Under the pieces are notes generated by a model, which was not told the DNA's origin, did no database searches, and saw only the letters and a list, made by a program, of their open reading frames with translations. The translations under genes and the position numbers were made by a program. A stretch of 64,000 bases of DNA from Heterodontus francisci (taxonomy: Eukaryota): positions 88,949,691-89,013,690 of the forward strand of contig NC_090387.1 of assembly GCF_036365525.1 (NCBI RefSeq), given 5' to 3'. Shown here piece by piece: positions 1 to 10,686 of the stretch. How positions within the stretch are numbered: position 1 is the stretch's first letter; each line of letters opens with the position of its first letter.

Positions 1-786
1 GTGCAAGCTGACGTTCTTCTCTCATTTACTCCATAATAATGATGACAGCTGATATCCTCATCCTTACTCCTGTCGCACAGCCCAGGCATTTGTGCGTGAA
101 AATTTGCGGATATACTCAGAAACTAATCACATAACACAAATCCACAATGTGTTCAGTTCCTAACTGTTTAAATAAATACATATTACCTCAACATGAAAAA
201 ATAACAAACTTCCAGAAAATGAAATTCTGAAATCTAAATTGGATATTAAACCACTCTTATGAGTTCTCCATTAATTTGCCGATGCAATTAACAGGCTGTT
301 TTGTTGTCCGTGTTTCCATAGCTCTTCAGACCAATTTAAAGCGGTTAAGTGGAAGAATTTCTAATAGAATTCTAGGGCGCAACACATGCTGGCGACGTGA
401 GTTCGAAGGCAACATTGCCAAATAGTAAAGTCCTCCACAATATTTAACTGCACATTTACCCCAATGATCCCATTTTAAATCTGTAATATAAATTAATATT
501 CCCAAATATTTTGACTAACTGATATTTCATCTTGTTGGAGAATGACATCAAAAAGTTGGTGCAGAAATCATTTAGGTAGACTTTCAAGTTGCGGAAATGG
601 TCTAAACCTGACACCGTATATGGTCGACCTGTTATGGAAACTGCTTGAAGCTTACTTCCATTGAAATCAATGGGTTGCATTTTCCGTTAGCCCTGTGTAA
701 AACTGTAGAAATATCTCCTCGCTGTCACTTGCTGCTTCTTTTTAGGAGGAGGAATAAGATCAAATACAGTAGAGACTGTGGTGTAT

Positions 787-1098
787 CATAGAAATGCAGA
801 ACATTTACGGCACAGAAGTAAACCATTCGACCCACGTGTCTGTGCCAGCCGAAAATAGCTACGCAGTCTAATCCCACCTTCTACCTCTTTGTCCTTCGCC
901 ATGCAGATTACAGCACTTAAGCATATATCACTTTTTTAAATCAAAATGCGATTAGTGTTTGTGCCTATGTTACATCTTCAGGTACTGATTTTCAAAAACT
1001 CATCACCCTCTGGGTGAACAAAAAATCTTCTCACGCCCCACTAATGCTTATTGATTTCGCTGCTGAGGGAAACAGTTCCTTCCTATCCACTCTATCAA
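787..1098 (-). mobile_element. Old CR1/L3 LINE 3'-end fragment
   Basis: Reverse complement resembles the CR1 3' UTR and terminal ORF2 codons seen in other copies (e.g. 1898-2300, 53750-54100). Confidence 0.6.
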
Positions 1099-1495
1099 GG
1101 GTGGCTACGTTGCTTGCCAAGTAACCCAAGGCCTGGAATAATGCTGAGGAGGATGGACGCTGAAAGACCTATCTTGTGAATTTGACTTTATTTTAACGAC
1201 ATGGAAATAAATGCTGGTAGTAGAAAACTGAATACAAATCTGCCCTTCTCTCTAAAAACTGAACTGGATAATTAATGGCCTGTAAAGAAGGAAATCAGTT
1301 GCCCTTACAGTATCTGCTCTGTATGCGACTTGAGTTCCACTCCAGTATGGTTGACTCTTGACAGCCCTTTGAAACGACTTCGGAAGCCATTTATTCTTTT
1401 GATTATGAAAAAGGCGATCCACACTGACGTTGTTAAGGGCCATTAGCGATAACCCACATTAGTGATGCCCACATGCCGAGAATGTGTTAGAAAAT
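1099..1495 (+). mobile_element. Decayed short non-autonomous element (SINE-like) joining the 5' core and the 3' tail of the tRNA-headed LINE family
   Basis: 1262-1390 (gaaggaaatc...tggttgactcttgacagccctttgaaa) matches the reverse complement of 33070-33200 and 62835-62930. 1410-1485 (aagggccattag...gatgcccacatgcc) matches the LINE 3' end at 37810-37895. Confidence 0.55.
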
Positions 1496-1772
1496 GAAAG
1501 GGAAAAAAATTAAAGGTGCTGAAGATCGGTTTAAGACTTTAAATAAACATTGATAATAGTTGCAACAACAAGAAATGGATTACGAAGCCCCGACTTGCGT
1601 GAAAATTCTCTGGCCTCCCGCCACAACTTTGGCAGGAATTCTAACTAAAACACAAGTGAAGAGATCTAAATGACAGCTCCAGGCAGTTCACACAATTTGA
1701 ATGTCCATTTGCAGATGGAAGTAAAACATGGAACGATCGAACACCTGCGTAATTGCAGGGTTCTCCGTTGCA

Positions 1773-2672
1773 TGTAGAGCTACAGAGTCGTCTTAATCGC
1801 AGAAGGAGGCCATTCGATCCATCGAGTCCATGCCGGATCTCCATGGAGCTATGCAGTCAGTTCCACTTCCCGGCTCGATCCACTTAGCCGTGCAAGTCAT
1901 AGAGGCATAGACTTATTCAGCACAGAAACAGGCCCTTGGGCCCAACGGGTCCGTATCGGTTATCAAGTAACCATCTATTCAAATCCCATTTTCCAGCACT
2001 CGGCCTTCTATTCCATGGCGTTTCAAGTGCTCATCTAAATACTTCTTAAATGCTGTGACGGTTTCTGCCTCTACCACCCCTACACGCAGTGTGTTCCAGA
2101 TTCTAACCACCTTCTGGATGAAAATAAATTTCCTCAAATCTCCTCAAAACACCCGCTCCTTACCTTAAATCTATGCCCCCGGTTATTGATATCTCTGCTA
2201 AGGGTAAAAGTTAGTTCCTATCTATCCTTTCTAAGCCCCTCATAATTTTGTATACCTCATATCAGATCCCCGCTCAGCCTTCTCTTCTCTAAGAAAAACA
2301 ACCCTAGCCTATTCAGTTTCTCTTAATAGCTGAAATGCTCCAGCCGAGGCAACATCCTGGTGAATCTCCTCTGCAACCTCTTAAGTGCAATCACATCCTT
2401 CCTATAGTGTGGCGACCAGAATTCTACACAGTACACCAGCTGCGACCTAACTAGCGCTTTACACAGCTCCACCAAAACCTCCCTGCTCTTATACTCTATG
2501 CATCGCCTAATCAACACAAGTATCCCATATGCCTTCCTAACCACCTTATCTACCTTTGGTGCTGCCTTCAGTTATCTATGGACAAGTGCACCAAGGTCCC
2601 GCAGACGCTCTGTACTTCTGAGGATCCTACCGTCCATTGTATATTCCCTTGCCTTGTTCGTCCTCCCAAAAT
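1773..2672 (-). mobile_element. CR1/L3 LINE 3' portion (plus a short extra tail fragment at 1773-1897)
   Basis: ORF 2323..2544 KAYGIL..IRRCIEYKSREV..LVRSQLVYCVEFWSPHYRKD is the CR1 ORF2 C-terminal motif. Confidence 0.85.
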
Positions 2673-2859
2673 GCAGATAACTTGCTTCAGTATCAGCCTT
2701 TGCCCACTGACACCATTTGCTTTTGACCATCTGGTCTTCCTTATCAGAGCAGCCAAATCAAAGTCATGAAACATGCCTTCCCTGGTAAGAAAACGTAGCA
2801 TGCATAGCTCTGAAAAGCGTCTATCGGCCTGCTTTTCAGGAAATAAGGAGACATCATGC

Positions 2860-3455
2860 AATAAAAACAAAATACTACATTTGCTGGAAATCCGCAACGA
2901 AAGCAGGAAGTGTTGGAAATACTGAGCAGGTCTGGCAGCATTTATGAAGGGAGAAACAGAGTTAACGTTTCAGGTCGATGACCTTTCACCAGAACTGGCA
3001 AAGGTTAAAAATGTAAAAGATTTTGAGCAAGTGAAAGGGGGAGAGGGGAGAAGAACAACAGAGAAGGTCTGTGGTAAGCAGAGGGCTGGTGAGATTAAAT
3101 GACAAATATGTCATGGAATAAAAGGAAGAGAGAGTGCAAATAGTTGGAGTAAAAGACAAAGCATTTATTGAGAATGTTAATGGCAGATTAGTGAATAACT
3201 CTGTCTGAAAGCAAAAACATGAAAAACAAGTTTGAGACAGGCACATGGTAAATAAAAAAGAGCAATCTAAATAGGATCATGGGCTGCAATTGTTGACGTC
3301 AATGTTGAATCCAGAAGTCTGTGAACTGCCAAATCGGAAAATTCCCCAACTTCCTCCCCTGCGCCTAAATTTCTGACTTTGACGTGCTGCAGTGTTCCAG
3401 TGAAGCTTAACACAAGCTGGAGGAACAGCCGACTCATCTTCCGATTAGGTACCAT
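2860..3455 (-). mobile_element. Penelope-like element (PLE) 3' terminus with a short inverted fragment
   Basis: Terminal repeat aaatactgagcaggtctggcagcat...gttaacgtttcaggtc shared with other PLE ends. 3380-3455 on + encodes LQCSSEA*HKLEEQ-LIFRLGT, resembling a GIY-YIG C-terminus. Confidence 0.65.
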
Positions 3456-3570
3456 TGTACATCAGGAAATCTTAGGAAGGAAACGTGGTTCCATTCGTAT
3501 TCTAGATGTTGAAATTAAATGTGCAGAAGCACTTTAATCACTGCAGCTTGTGTTAATATGATGGGATATT

Positions 3571-4501
3571 ATCTTCTTCTTCTTTGGCGTCCTTGTCTCG
3601 AGAGACAATGGTTAAGCGCCTGGAGGTGTTCAGTGGTTTGTGAAGCAGCGCCTGGAGTGGCGATAAAGGCCAATTCTGGAGTGACAGACTCTTCCACAGG
3701 TGCAATTGATAACATTGGTTGTCGGGGCTGTTACACAGTTGGCTCTCCCCTTGCGCTTCTGTCTTTTTTCCTGACAACTGCTTAGTCTCTTCCACTCGCC
3801 ACACTTTAGCCCCGCCTTTATGGCTGCCTGCCAGCTCTGGTGATCACTGGCAACTGACTCCCACCACTTGTGATCAATGTCACAGGACTTCATGTCGTAT
3901 TTGCAGACGTCTTTAAAGCGGAGACATGGACGGCCGGTGGGCCTGTTACCAGTGACGAGCTCACTGTATAATGTGTCCTTGGGGATCCTGCCATCTTCCA
4001 TGCGGCTCACAAGGCCAAGGCATCTCAAGCACCGCTGGCACAGTAGGGTGTATTTGCTGGGGATGTTGGCCGCCTCAAGGACTTCTGTGTTGGAGATACG
4101 GTCCTACCACCTTCCACCTGATGCCAAGGATTCTCCGGAGGTAGCGAAGATGGAATGAATTGAGATGTCGCTCTTGGCTGACATACGTTGTCCAGGCCTC
4201 GATGCCATAGAGCAAGGTACTGAGGACACAGGCTTGATACACTCGGACCTTTGTGTTCGTGTCAGTGCGCCATTTTCCCGCACTCTCTTGGCCAGTCTGG
4301 ACATAGAAGTGAAAGCCTTTCCCATGTGCTTGTTGATTTCTGTATCGAGATACAGGTTACTGGTGATAGTTGAGCATCGGTAGGTGAACTCTTGAACCGC
4401 TTCCAGAGCGTGGTCGCCGATATTAATGGATGGAGCATTTCTGACGTCCTGTCCCATGATGTTCGTTTTCTTGAGGCTGATGGTTAGGCCAAATTCGTTG
4501 C
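3571..4501 (-). mobile_element. RTE-clade (BovB-like) LINE, 5'-truncated
   Basis: ORFs 3630..4028 and 4104..4457 (RMEDGRIPKDTLYSEL..RPTGRP..RFKDVCK..CGRVCHSRIGLY.HSRRC; LEAVQEFTY..STITSNL.LD.EINK). The 3' end is a (GAA)n tail. Confidence 0.9.
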
Positions 4502-4749
4502 TATATTTCTAGTAAAACAGCAGCAATTGTTGACTGAAAACGTCAAAACATAGCTCCTTCCCAACGGCAAAAATCAATCGATTTTAACCATGAACCACAC
4601 CTCCATGAGCTATATGAAACTTTTGACACAGTTAACCAAGGCATAGAAGGATTCTTAACTGACAGACAAATTATCTCTAAAATATCATGAACCTATACAT
4701 TCTATCTTGGCATTAATTATAGTTGTATGTTTAACGTACTATAAATACC

Positions 4750-6575
4750 TTTTATTCATATATAAGGAGCAAGAGGGTAACTAGAGAAAGGATTGGCCCA
4801 CTCAAGGACAAAGGAGGAAAGTTATGCGTGGAGTCAGGGAAAATGGGTGAGATTCTAAATGAGTACTTTGCATCGGTATTCACCGAGGAGAGGGACATGA
4901 CGGATGTTGAGGTTAGGGACAGATGTTTGATTACTCTAGGTCAAGTCGGCATAAGGAGGGAGGAAGTGTTGGGTATTTTAAAAGGCATTAAGGTGGACAA
5001 GTCCCCAGGTCCGGATGGGATCTATCCCAGGTTACTGAGGGAAGCGAGAGGGGAAATAACTGGGGCCTTAACAGATATCTTTGCAGCATCCTTAAACACG
5101 GGTGAGGTCCCGGAGGACTGGAGAATTGCTAATGTTGTCCCCTTGTTTAAGAAGGGTAGCAGGGATAATCCAGGTAATTATAGACCGGTGAGCCTGACGT
5201 CAGTGGTAGGGAAGCTGCTGGAGAAGATACTAAGGGATAGGATCTATTCCCATTTGGAAGAAAATGGGCTTATCAGTGATAGGCAACATGGTTTTATGCA
5301 GGGAAGGTCATGTCTTACCAACTTAATAGAATTCTTTGAGGAAGTGACAAAGTTGATTGATGAGGGAAGGGCTGTAGATGTCATATACATGGACTTCAGT
5401 AAGGCGTTTGATAAGGTTCCCCATGGTAGGCTGATGGAGAAAGTGAAGGCGCATGGGGTCCAGGGTGTACTGGCTAGATGGATAAAGAACTGGCTGGGCA
5501 ACAGGAGACAGAGAGTAGCAGTGGAAGGGAGTTTCTCAAAATGGAGACGTGTGACCAGTGGTGTTCCACAGGGATCCGTGCTGGGACCACTGTTGTTTGT
5601 GATATACATAAATGATGTGGAGGAATGTATAGGTGGTCTGATTAGCAAGTTTGCAGACGACACTAAGATTGGTGGAGTAGCAGATAGTGAAGGGGACTGT
5701 CAGAGAATACAGCAGAATATAAATAGATTGGAGAGTTGGGCAGAAAAATGGCAGATGGAGTTCAATCAGAGCAAATGCGAGGTGATGCATTTTGGAAGAT
5801 CCAATTCAAGAGTGAATTATGCAGTAAATGGAAAAGTCCTGGGGAAAATTGATGCACAGAGAGATTTGGGTGTTCAGGTCCACTGTTCCCTGAAGGTGGC
5901 AACGCAGGTCAATAGAGTGGTCAAGAAGGCATACGGCATGCTTTCCTTCATAGGACGGTGTATTGAGTACAAGGGTTGGCAGGTCATGTTACAGTTGTAT
6001 AAGACTTTGGTTCGGCCACATTTGGAATACTGCGTGCAGTTCTGGTCGCCATATTGCCAAAAGGATGTAGATGCTTTGGAGAGGGTGCAGAGGAGGTTCA
6101 CCAGGATGTTGCCTGGTATGGAGGGCGCTAGCTATGAAGAGAGGTTGAGCAGATTAGGATTATTTTCATTAGAAAGACGGAGGTTGAGGGGGGACCTGAT
6201 TGAGGTGTACAAAATCATGAGAGGTATAGACAGGGTGGATAGCAACAAGCTTTTTCCCAGAGTGGGGGATTCAATTACTAGGGGTCACGAGTTCAAAGTG
6301 AGAGGGGAAAAGTTATGGGGGGATATGCGTGGAAAGTTCTTTACGCAGAGGGTGGTGGGTGCCTGGAACGCGTTGCCAGCGGAGGTGGTAGACGTGGGCA
6401 CGATAGCGTCATTTAAGATGTATCTGCACAGATACATGAATGGGCAGGAAGCAAAGAGATACAGACCCTTAGAAAATAGGCGACATGTTTAGATAGAGGA
6501 TCTGGATCGGCGCAGGCTTGGAGGGCCGAAGGGCCTGTTCCTGTGCTGTAATTTTCTTTGCTCTTTGTTCTTTGT
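4750..6575 (+). mobile_element. Young 5'-truncated CR1/L3 (HER1-type) LINE with an uninterrupted 554-aa RT ORF
   Basis: ORF 4828..6492 has KSPGPDG, NYRPVSLTS, DFSKAFDKV, GVPQGSVLGP, KFADD and RPHLEYCVQFWSP. The 3' UTR ends in tctttgt-like repeats. The endonuclease domain is absent. Confidence 0.95.
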
Positions 6576-6734
6576 CATACAAGTGCCAACTTTTTTTTTA
6601 ATCACGGTGTTAATGTGATCCTCGCTAAACATCATTCTTAAATTATTTTCTACGTGTTTGCTGTTGTTTCGATCACAGTCAACTCTGGTTATCAATTGAA
6701 CGCAAGACAAAACATATTACTATTCTTTCAACAG

Positions 6735-7028
6735 TTCCTCCGACGCCTTTACAGATTTTCTCCAATGAGTCACCGACCTCTTTGATTCTCGTCTGTCAGA
6801 CTGCTGCATTTTCCCCGGAAAGGCTCAACATCACTTGGTATAAAAATGGATCAGTAATTACGAGCGGTACGAAGGAAATCAAAGAGCAGAATACAGAGGG
6901 ACTGTATGAAGTTTCCAGCAAACTCAATGAAACAGGCGCTTTGCAGATTGGAACGAACTATACATGTCAGGTAGAACACATCTGTCTCCAGACAGCAGCC
7001 AGTGTCCATCACGTTATACACATTTCTG
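6735..7028 (+). CDS. Ig C1-set domain exon of a SIRP-like/ITIM-bearing IgSF receptor (internal exon, phase 1-1)
   Basis: Acceptor ttctttcaacag|TT at 6734/6735 and donor TCTG|gtaagt at 7028/7029. Translation (V)PPTPLQIFSNESPTSLILVCQTAAFSPERLNITWYKNG...GLYEVSSKL...TNYTCQVEHICLQTAASVHHVIHIS has the C1-set hallmarks LxC..F.P..I.W.KNG and YxCxVxH. Same frame as ORF 6782..7045. Confidence 0.9.
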
Positions 7029-7924
7029 GTAAGTGGCCTGCTTAATTCCAACTCCTGTTTTAAAGAGAAAACGTTTATCTATAAGTGTTAAGAGTAACTG
7101 AGCACCATCCCCATGGGCTGCGAATGCAATTTTGTGCTTCGTTGATTCATATTGTTCAAATACGAGCCGAACAAATTTCGAGAGGCTTTTCCATTTATAG
7201 CCAAAATGACCTTGGCTCTTCCTTAGCAGGAAGAAATGTCAGTTTTTAGAGGCAGTGCACATCTATATTATTATAATTTTCAGCCGCCTCGATGTTGATT
7301 TGTTTTTCCGTCCCAATAACATAATCAGCACACATCGGAAATGCATCACCCTGTGACGTCCTGGCATCTCAGCTTCAGGAATTCTGGAAATCACTCCGCC
7401 GAGACCACCCACCCCCGTAAAATTTTATGCCCTGCTCCAATAATTTTCGCGGGCGTTTAGGCCGTTGGGGAGGCGTCCATTGAAGTTAAAGGTGGAGAGG
7501 CGAATAGCCCGTGTGAAAATTCTGCTGTTTTGTATTCAGCCGTTGGCCGGATGTTGAAAGAACAGCAAACTGAGATTAATTTTACATTTTTCAGAACCCG
7601 GGTATCGTTCTCCGAGACTGGCAACAGAGGCTTTTGTTAATAAAATATTCTTTATTGTCATAAATGAGGGAGACAGTTCAGTTGCATAGAAACATTTACT
7701 TGAATTCAGGTTAAACATGTCCTAGAATTACAACATTTACATCACAACGATTGGAGAGAGTGTGCACCAGTCGCACCCATGTTTGGACTATTGCATGACG
7801 CTCTGTCATTTTTATTTCGTACATTCAAGTCATTGTTGCACGCAGGCTCAGTTGTGCCCATCTGTATACACCACCTTTCTAAGCGTGTTTGATTGAGGTC
7901 GCAGAAATACATCGTCGGAAGACT

Positions 7925-10686
7925 TTTTTATTATTATTCATTCATGGGATGTGGGCGTCGGTGGCTCGGCCACCATTTATTGCCCATCCCTAATTCCCCT
8001 TGAGAAGGTAATGGTGAGCTGCCTTCTTGAACCGCTGCAGTCGAGGTTGGGCACGTACATCCACAGTGCTGTTTAAAAGAGAGTTCCAGGATTTTCACCA
8101 AGCGGCAGTGAAGGAACGGCCATATAGTTCCAAGTCAGGATGGTGTGTGACTTGGAGGGGAACTTGCAGGTGGTGGTGTTCCCATGCATTTGCTGCCATT
8201 GTCCTTCTAGTTGGTAGAGGTCACAGGTTTGGAAGGTGCTGTCTAAGGAGCCTTGTTGCATTGCTACAGTGCATCTTGTAGTTGGTGCACACTGCTGCCA
8301 CTGTGCATCGGTGGTAAAGGGAGTGAATGTTGTGGATGGGATGCCAATCAAGCGGGCTGCGTTATCCTGGATGGTGTCGAGCTTCTTGAGTATTGTTGGA
8401 GCTGCAGCCATCCAGGCAAGTGGAGAGTATTCCATCACACTCCTAACTTGTGCCTTGTAGATGGTGAACAGTCTTTGGGGAGTCAAGAGGTGAGTTACTA
8501 ACCACCGGATTCTGAGCCTCTGAAATAAAAACAAGAAATACTGTAAATACTCGGCAGGTCTGGCAGAATCTGTGGAGAGAGAAGCAGAGTTAACGTTCCA
8601 GGTCAGTTACCCTTCTTCAGAACTGACCTGAAATTTTAACTCTGCTTCTCTCTCCACAGATGCTCCCAGACCTGCTGAGTATTTCCAGAATTTCTTGCTT
8701 TTATTTCAGATTTTCAGCATCCGCAGTATTTTGCTTTTATTATTCCGAGCCTCTGACCTGCTCTTGCAGCCACGGTATTTATATGGCTACTCCAGTTCAG
8801 TTTCTGGTCAATGGCAGCCCCTGGGATGTTGATAGTGGGGGATTCAGCGATGGTAATGCCATTGAAAGTCAAGAGGAGATGGTTAGATTCTCTCTTGTTG
8901 GAGATGGTCATTGCCTGGCACTTATGTGGCGTGAATGTTATTTGCCACTCATCAGGCCAAGCCTGGATATTTTCCAGGTCTTGCTGCATATCTTCAGTAT
9001 GTGGGAGTCGCGAATATTGCTGAATATTGTGCAATCATCAGCGAACATCCCCAATTCTGACCTATTGATTGAAGAAAGGTCATTAATGAAGTAGCTGAAG
9101 ACGTTTGGGCCTAGAACACTACCCTGAGAAACTCCTGCAATGATGTTCTTGAGCTCAGAAGATTGACCTCCAACAACCACAACCATCTTCCTTTGCCCTA
9201 GGTATGACTCCAACCAGTGGAGAGTTTTCCCCCTGATTCCCATTTACTTCAGTTTTGAGAGGGCTCCTTGATGCCATACTCAGTCAAATTCTGCCTTGAC
9301 GTCAAGGGCAGTCACTCTCACCTCACCTCTTGAGTTCAGCTCTTTTGTCCATGTTTGACCCAAGGCTGTAATGAGGTCAGGAGCTGAGACACCCTGGCGG
9401 AACCCAAACTGAGCATCACTGAGCAGGTTATTGCTAAGCAAGTGCTACTTGATGGCGCTATTGATGACACCTGCCATCACTTTACTGATGATTGAGGGTA
9501 AACTGATGAGGTGGCAATTGACCGAGTTGGACTTGTCCTGCTTTTTGTGTACAGGGCATCCCTGAGACATATTCCACATTGCTGGGTAGATGCCAGTGTT
9601 GTAAGCTGTACGGGAACAGCTTGGCTAGGGGCGCAGCCAGTTCTGGAGCGCATGTCTTCAGTACTATTGCCGTAATATTGTCATGGCCTATTGCATTTGC
9701 AGTATAAAATACCTTCAGTCGTTTCTTGATATCACACGGAGTAAATTGAATTGGCTGAAGTCTGGCGTCTGTGATGCGGGAGACTTCAGGAGGAGGCCGA
9801 GATGGTTCATCAACTCGGCACTTTTGGCTGAAGATTGTTGCAAATGCTTCTCCCTGATTTTTTCACTGATGTGCTGGGCTTTCCCATCATTGAAGATCGG
9901 GATATTTGTGGAGCCACCTCCTCCTGTTAGTTGTTTAATTGTCCACCACCATTCATGGTTGGATGTGGCAGGACTACAGAGCTTAGATCTCATTCATTGA
10001 TAATGAAATCGCCTCGTTCTGTCTGCCGCATCCTGCTTATGCATTATTAGGTTGACACCTTATTTTGAGGTATGCCTGGTGCTCCTCTTGGCATGCCCTC
10101 CTGCACTCTACGTTGAACCAGGGTTGGTCTCCTGGCTTGATGGTAATGGTAGAGTGGGGGACATGCCGGGCCATGAGGTCACAGATTTTCGTTGAGTACA
10201 ATTCTGCTGCTGTTGATGGCCCACAGCGCCTCATGGATGCCCAGTTTTGCATTGCTAGATCTGTTCAAAATCTATCCCATTTAGCACAGTAATAGTGCCA
10301 CACAACACGATGGACGGTATCCTCAATGCGAAGGCGGGACATCGTCTCCACAACGACTGTGCAGTGGTCACTCCTAGCAATTCTGTCATGGACAGATGCA
10401 TCTGCAGCAGGCAGATTGGTGAGGACGAGGTCAAGTATGTTTTTCCCTCACCATCTTCCACAGACCCAGTCTCGCAACTATGTCCTTTAGGAGTCGGCCG
10501 GTAGGGGTGCTACAGATCCACTCTTGGTGAAGGACATTGAAGTCCCTAACCCAGAGTACATTCTGTGCACTTGCCGCCCTGAGTGCTTCCTCCAAGTCAT
10601 GTTCAACATGGTGGAGTACTGATTCGTCAGCTGATTGAACGCAGTAGGTGGTAATCAGCAGGAGGTTTCCTTGCCCATGTTTGACC
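7925..10686 (-). mobile_element. CR1-group LINE of the second (tRNA-headed) family, 5'-truncated, interrupted by a PLE hairpin
   Basis: Frameshifted ORFs GIRGKTLHWLESYL..GVSQGSVLGP..MFADD and TIYKAQVRSVMEYSPLAW. The 3' end ttcatgggatgtgggc...atttattgcccatccctaat is shared with other copies. Confidence 0.9.
8524..8741. mobile_element. Minimal Penelope-type insertion: two inverted terminal repeats forming a hairpin
   Basis: 8524-8610 and 8622-8708 are inverted copies. The insertion is flanked by a 15-bp duplication attctgagcctctga (8509-8523) / attccgagcctctga (8742-8756). Confidence 0.85.

Noticed and set aside
4828-6492. 554-aa ORF as a host or domesticated gene
   Set aside because: It is a 5'-truncated CR1 ORF2 with a typical CR1 3' UTR, a non-ATG start and close relatives in the window; best explained as a young insertion.
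1-6734. Upstream V-domain or leader exon of the receptor
   Set aside because: No V-set signature (W..Q, D.G.Y.C, G.GT.L.V) with splice sites was found in the non-repeat parts; presumed to lie before the window.
6735-7028. C1 exon as an Ig/TCR constant region or MHC domain
   Set aside because: It splices to an uncharged TM and a long ITIM tail. I saw no J segments or heptamer-spacer-nonamer RSS; the CACAGTG hits I noticed lie inside SINEs/LINEs without nonamers.
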